Below the pieces are notes generated by a model, which was given only the letters and a program-made list of their open reading frames with translations, was not told the DNA's origin and did not search any database. Below, piece by piece: positions 61,200-64,000 of a stretch of 64,000 nucleotides of DNA. Origin of the DNA: Auanema rhodensis (lineage: Eukaryota; Animalia; Nematoda); contig OZ059896.1 of assembly GCA_964057225.1 (NCBI GenBank), positions 14,880,001 through 14,944,000 on the forward strand. The letters are read 5' to 3'. How positions within the stretch are numbered: the first letter of the stretch is position 1; every line of letters begins with the position of its first letter. Both the position numbers and the translations under genes were made by a program.

Positions 61200-63995
61200 T
61201 CCGTCCAGCCGGATTCGAACCAGCGACCTAAGGATATCTACACTTCTACAGTCCTCCGCTCTACCAACTGAGCTATCGACGGAACGAATCTGTTGTTTTC
61301 CGAAGTGATTGTCAATAACTACTATAATCTATATTGAAAATCGAAAAAAGAGAAGAAACTCCGTCGAGCCTAACTTCTACAATCCTCCGCTCTACCAACT
61401 GAGTTATCGACGGAACGAATCTGTTCTTTTCAGAGGTTATTGTCAATAACTGCTATAATCAATATTTTAAATGGGAGAAAAAGAAAAGAAACTCCGTCGA
61501 GCCGGATTCGAACCAGCGACCTAAGGATATCTACACTTCTACAGTCCTCCGCTCTACCAACTGAGCTATCGACGGAACGAATCTGTTGTTTTCAGAGGTT
61601 ATTGTCAATAACTGATATCTACACTTCTACAGTCCTCCGCTCTACCAACCGAGCTATCGACGGAACGAATCTGTTGTTTTCCAAAGTGATTGTCAATAAC
61701 TACTATAATCTATATTGAAAATCGAAAAAAGAAAAGAAACTCCGTCGAGCCTAACTTCTACAATCCTCCGCTCTACCAACTGAGCTATCGACGGAACGAA
61801 GCTGTTGTTTTCAGAGGTTATTGTCAATAACTGCTATAATCAATATTTTAAATGGAAGAAAAAGAAAAGAAACTCCGTCGAGCCGGATTCGAACCAGCGA
61901 CCTAAGGATATCTACACTTCTACAGTCCTCCGCTCTACCAACTGAGCTATCGACGGAACGAATCTGTTGTTTTCAGAGGTTATTGTCAATAACTGCTATA
62001 ATCAATATTTTAAATGAAAGAAAAAGAAAAGAAACTCCGTCGAGCCGGATTCGAACCAGCGACCTAAGGATATCTACACTTCTACAGTCCTCCGCTCTAC
62101 CAACTGAGCTATCGACGGAACGAATCTGTTGTTTTCCAAAGTGATTGTCAATAACTACTATAATCTATATTGAAAATCGAAAAAAGAGAAGAAACTCCGT
62201 CGAGCCTAACTTCTACAATCCTCCGCTCTACCAACTGAGTTATCGACGGAACGAATCTGTTCTTTTCAGAGGTTATTGTCAATAACTGCTATAATCAATA
62301 TTTTAAATGGGAGAAAAAGAAAAGAAACTCCGTCGAGCCGGATTCGAACCAGCGACCTAAGGATATCTACACTTCTACAGTCCTCCGCTCTACCAACTGA
62401 GCTATCGACGGAACGATTCTGTTGTTTTCAGAGCTTATTGTCAATAACTGCTATAATCAATATTTTAAATGAAAGAAAAAGAAAAGAAACTCCGTCGAGC
62501 CGGATTCGAACCAGCGACCTAAGGATATCTACTCTTCTACAGTCCTCCGCTCTACCAACTGAGCTATCGACGGAACGAATCTGTTGTTTTCCGAAGTGAT
62601 TGTCAATAACTACTATAATCTATATTGAAAATCGGAAAAAGAGAAGAAACTCCGTCGAGCCTAACTTCTACAATCCTCCGCTCTACCAACTGAGTTATCG
62701 ACGGAACGAATCTGTTCTTTTCAGAGGTTATTGTCAATAACTGCTATAATCAATATTTTAAATGGAAGAAAAAGAAAAGAAACTCCGTCGAGCCGGATTC
62801 GAACCAGCGACCTAAGGATATCTACACTTCTACAGTCCTCCGCTCTACCAACTGAGCTATCGACGGAACGAATCTGTTGTTTTCAGAGGTTATTGTCAAT
62901 AACTGATATCTACACTTCTACAGTCCTCCGCTCTACCAACCGAGCTATCGACAGAACGAATCTGTTGTTTTCCAAAGTGATTGTCAATAACTACTATAAT
63001 CTATATTGAAAATCGAAAAAAGAAAAGAAACTCCGTCGAGCCTAACTTCTACAATCCTCCGCTCTACCAACTGAGCTATCGACGGAACGAAGCTGTTGTT
63101 TTCAGAGGTTATTGTCAATAACTGCTATAATCAATATTTTAAATGGAAGAAAAAGAAAAGAAACTCCGTCGAGCCGGATTCGAACCAGCGACCTAAGGAT
63201 ATCTACACTTCTACAGTCCTCCGCTCTACCAACTGAGCTATCGACGGAACGAATCTGTTGTTTTCAGAGCTTATTGTCAATAACTGCTATAATCAATATT
63301 TTAAATGAAAGAAAAAGAAAAGAAACTCCGTCGAGCCGGATTCGAACCAGCGACCTAAGGATATCTACTCTTCTACAGTCCTCCGCTCTACCAACTGAGC
63401 TATCGACGGAACGAATCTGTTGTTTTCCGAAGTGATTGTCAATAACTACTATAATCTATATTGAAAATCGGAAAAAGAGAAGAAACTCCGTCGAGCCTAA
63501 CTTCTACAATCCTCCGCTCTACCAACTGAGTTATCGACGGAACGAATCTGTTCTTTTCAGAGGTTATTGTCAATAACTGCTATAATCAATATTTTAAATG
63601 GAAGAAAAAGAAAAGAAACTCCGTCGAGCCGGATTCGAACCAGCGACCTAAGGATATCTACACTTCTACAGTCCTCCGCTCTACCAACTGAGCTATCGAC
63701 GGAACGAATCTGTTGTTTTCCAAAGTGATTGTCAATAACTACTATAATCTATATTGAAAATCGAAAAAAGAGAAGAAACTCCGTCGAGCCTAACTTCTAC
63801 AATCCTCCGCTCTACCAACTGAGTTATCGACGGAACGAATCTGTTCTTTTCAGAGGTTATTGTCAATAACTGCTATAATCAATATTTTAAATGGGAGAAA
63901 AAGAAAAGAAACTCCGTCGAGCCGGATTCGAACCAGCGACCTAAGGATATCTACACTTCTACAGTCCTCCGCTCTACCAACTGAGCTATCGATGG
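61200..63995 (-). tRNA. tRNA-Tyr-GTA: Block 3 of tRNA-Tyr(GTA) copies, running off the window end
   Basis: Same units plus a third deletion variant at 61614 and 62905. Confidence 0.93.
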
Positions 63996-64000
63996 AACGA

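Larger units (their letters stand above)
38087..64000 (-). repeat. Tandem tRNA-Tyr(GTA) gene array (162-bp full units and 131-bp deleted units), interrupted by two LTR elements and continuing past the window end
   Basis: Three blocks: 38087-50539, 54694-57582 and 61140-64000, about 18.2 kb in total. That is roughly 120 units by length, about two thirds full-length. All units are in the same orientation. Confidence 0.97.

Noticed and set aside
38160-63435. Dozens of repetitive ORFs (…ETPSSRIRTSDLRISTLLQSSALPTELSTER…)
   Set aside because: They are antisense translations of the tRNA-Tyr unit. The 162-bp period is a multiple of 3, so frames stay open by chance.
38087-64000. CRISPR-like repeat/spacer appearance
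   Set aside because: Spacers are near-identical rather than unique, the repeat is a eukaryotic tRNA gene, and there are no cas genes.

Overview
AT-rich eukaryotic DNA with short GT-AG introns and TTTCAG acceptors, almost certainly from a nematode. The left ~34 kb is ordinary genic sequence: two near-identical tandem copies of an M13 (neprilysin-family) metallopeptidase gene (- strand), a sma-6-like TGF-beta/BMP type I receptor (+), a rhodopsin-like GPCR (-), (AG)n microsatellites and some decayed coding-like stretches. At 34-38 kb is a mosaic: an orphan spliced gene, a Tc1 transposase remnant fused to an inverted tRNA-Tyr fragment, and a 5'-truncated CR1-type LINE whose 3' end abuts a tRNA gene at its intron 3' splice junction. 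From 38087 to beyond the window end runs a tandem array of intron-containing tRNA-Tyr(GTA) genes (- strand, roughly 120 units by length estimate). It is built from 162-bp full units and 131-bp B-box-less units in higher-order repeats. The most notable feature is two different, recently inserted LTR elements in this array (50540-54693, +; 57583-61139, -). Each has near-identical LTRs, a 4-bp TSD, a tRNA-Gln primer-binding site, non-canonical YGTTCC...GGAACG termini and no recognisable gag/pol, and each carries unknown ORFs. Both sit 20-30 bp upstream of a tRNA unit. This looks like a family of non-autonomous, cargo-carrying LTR retrotransposons that may target Pol III genes. All coordinates were read by eye and no searches were run.
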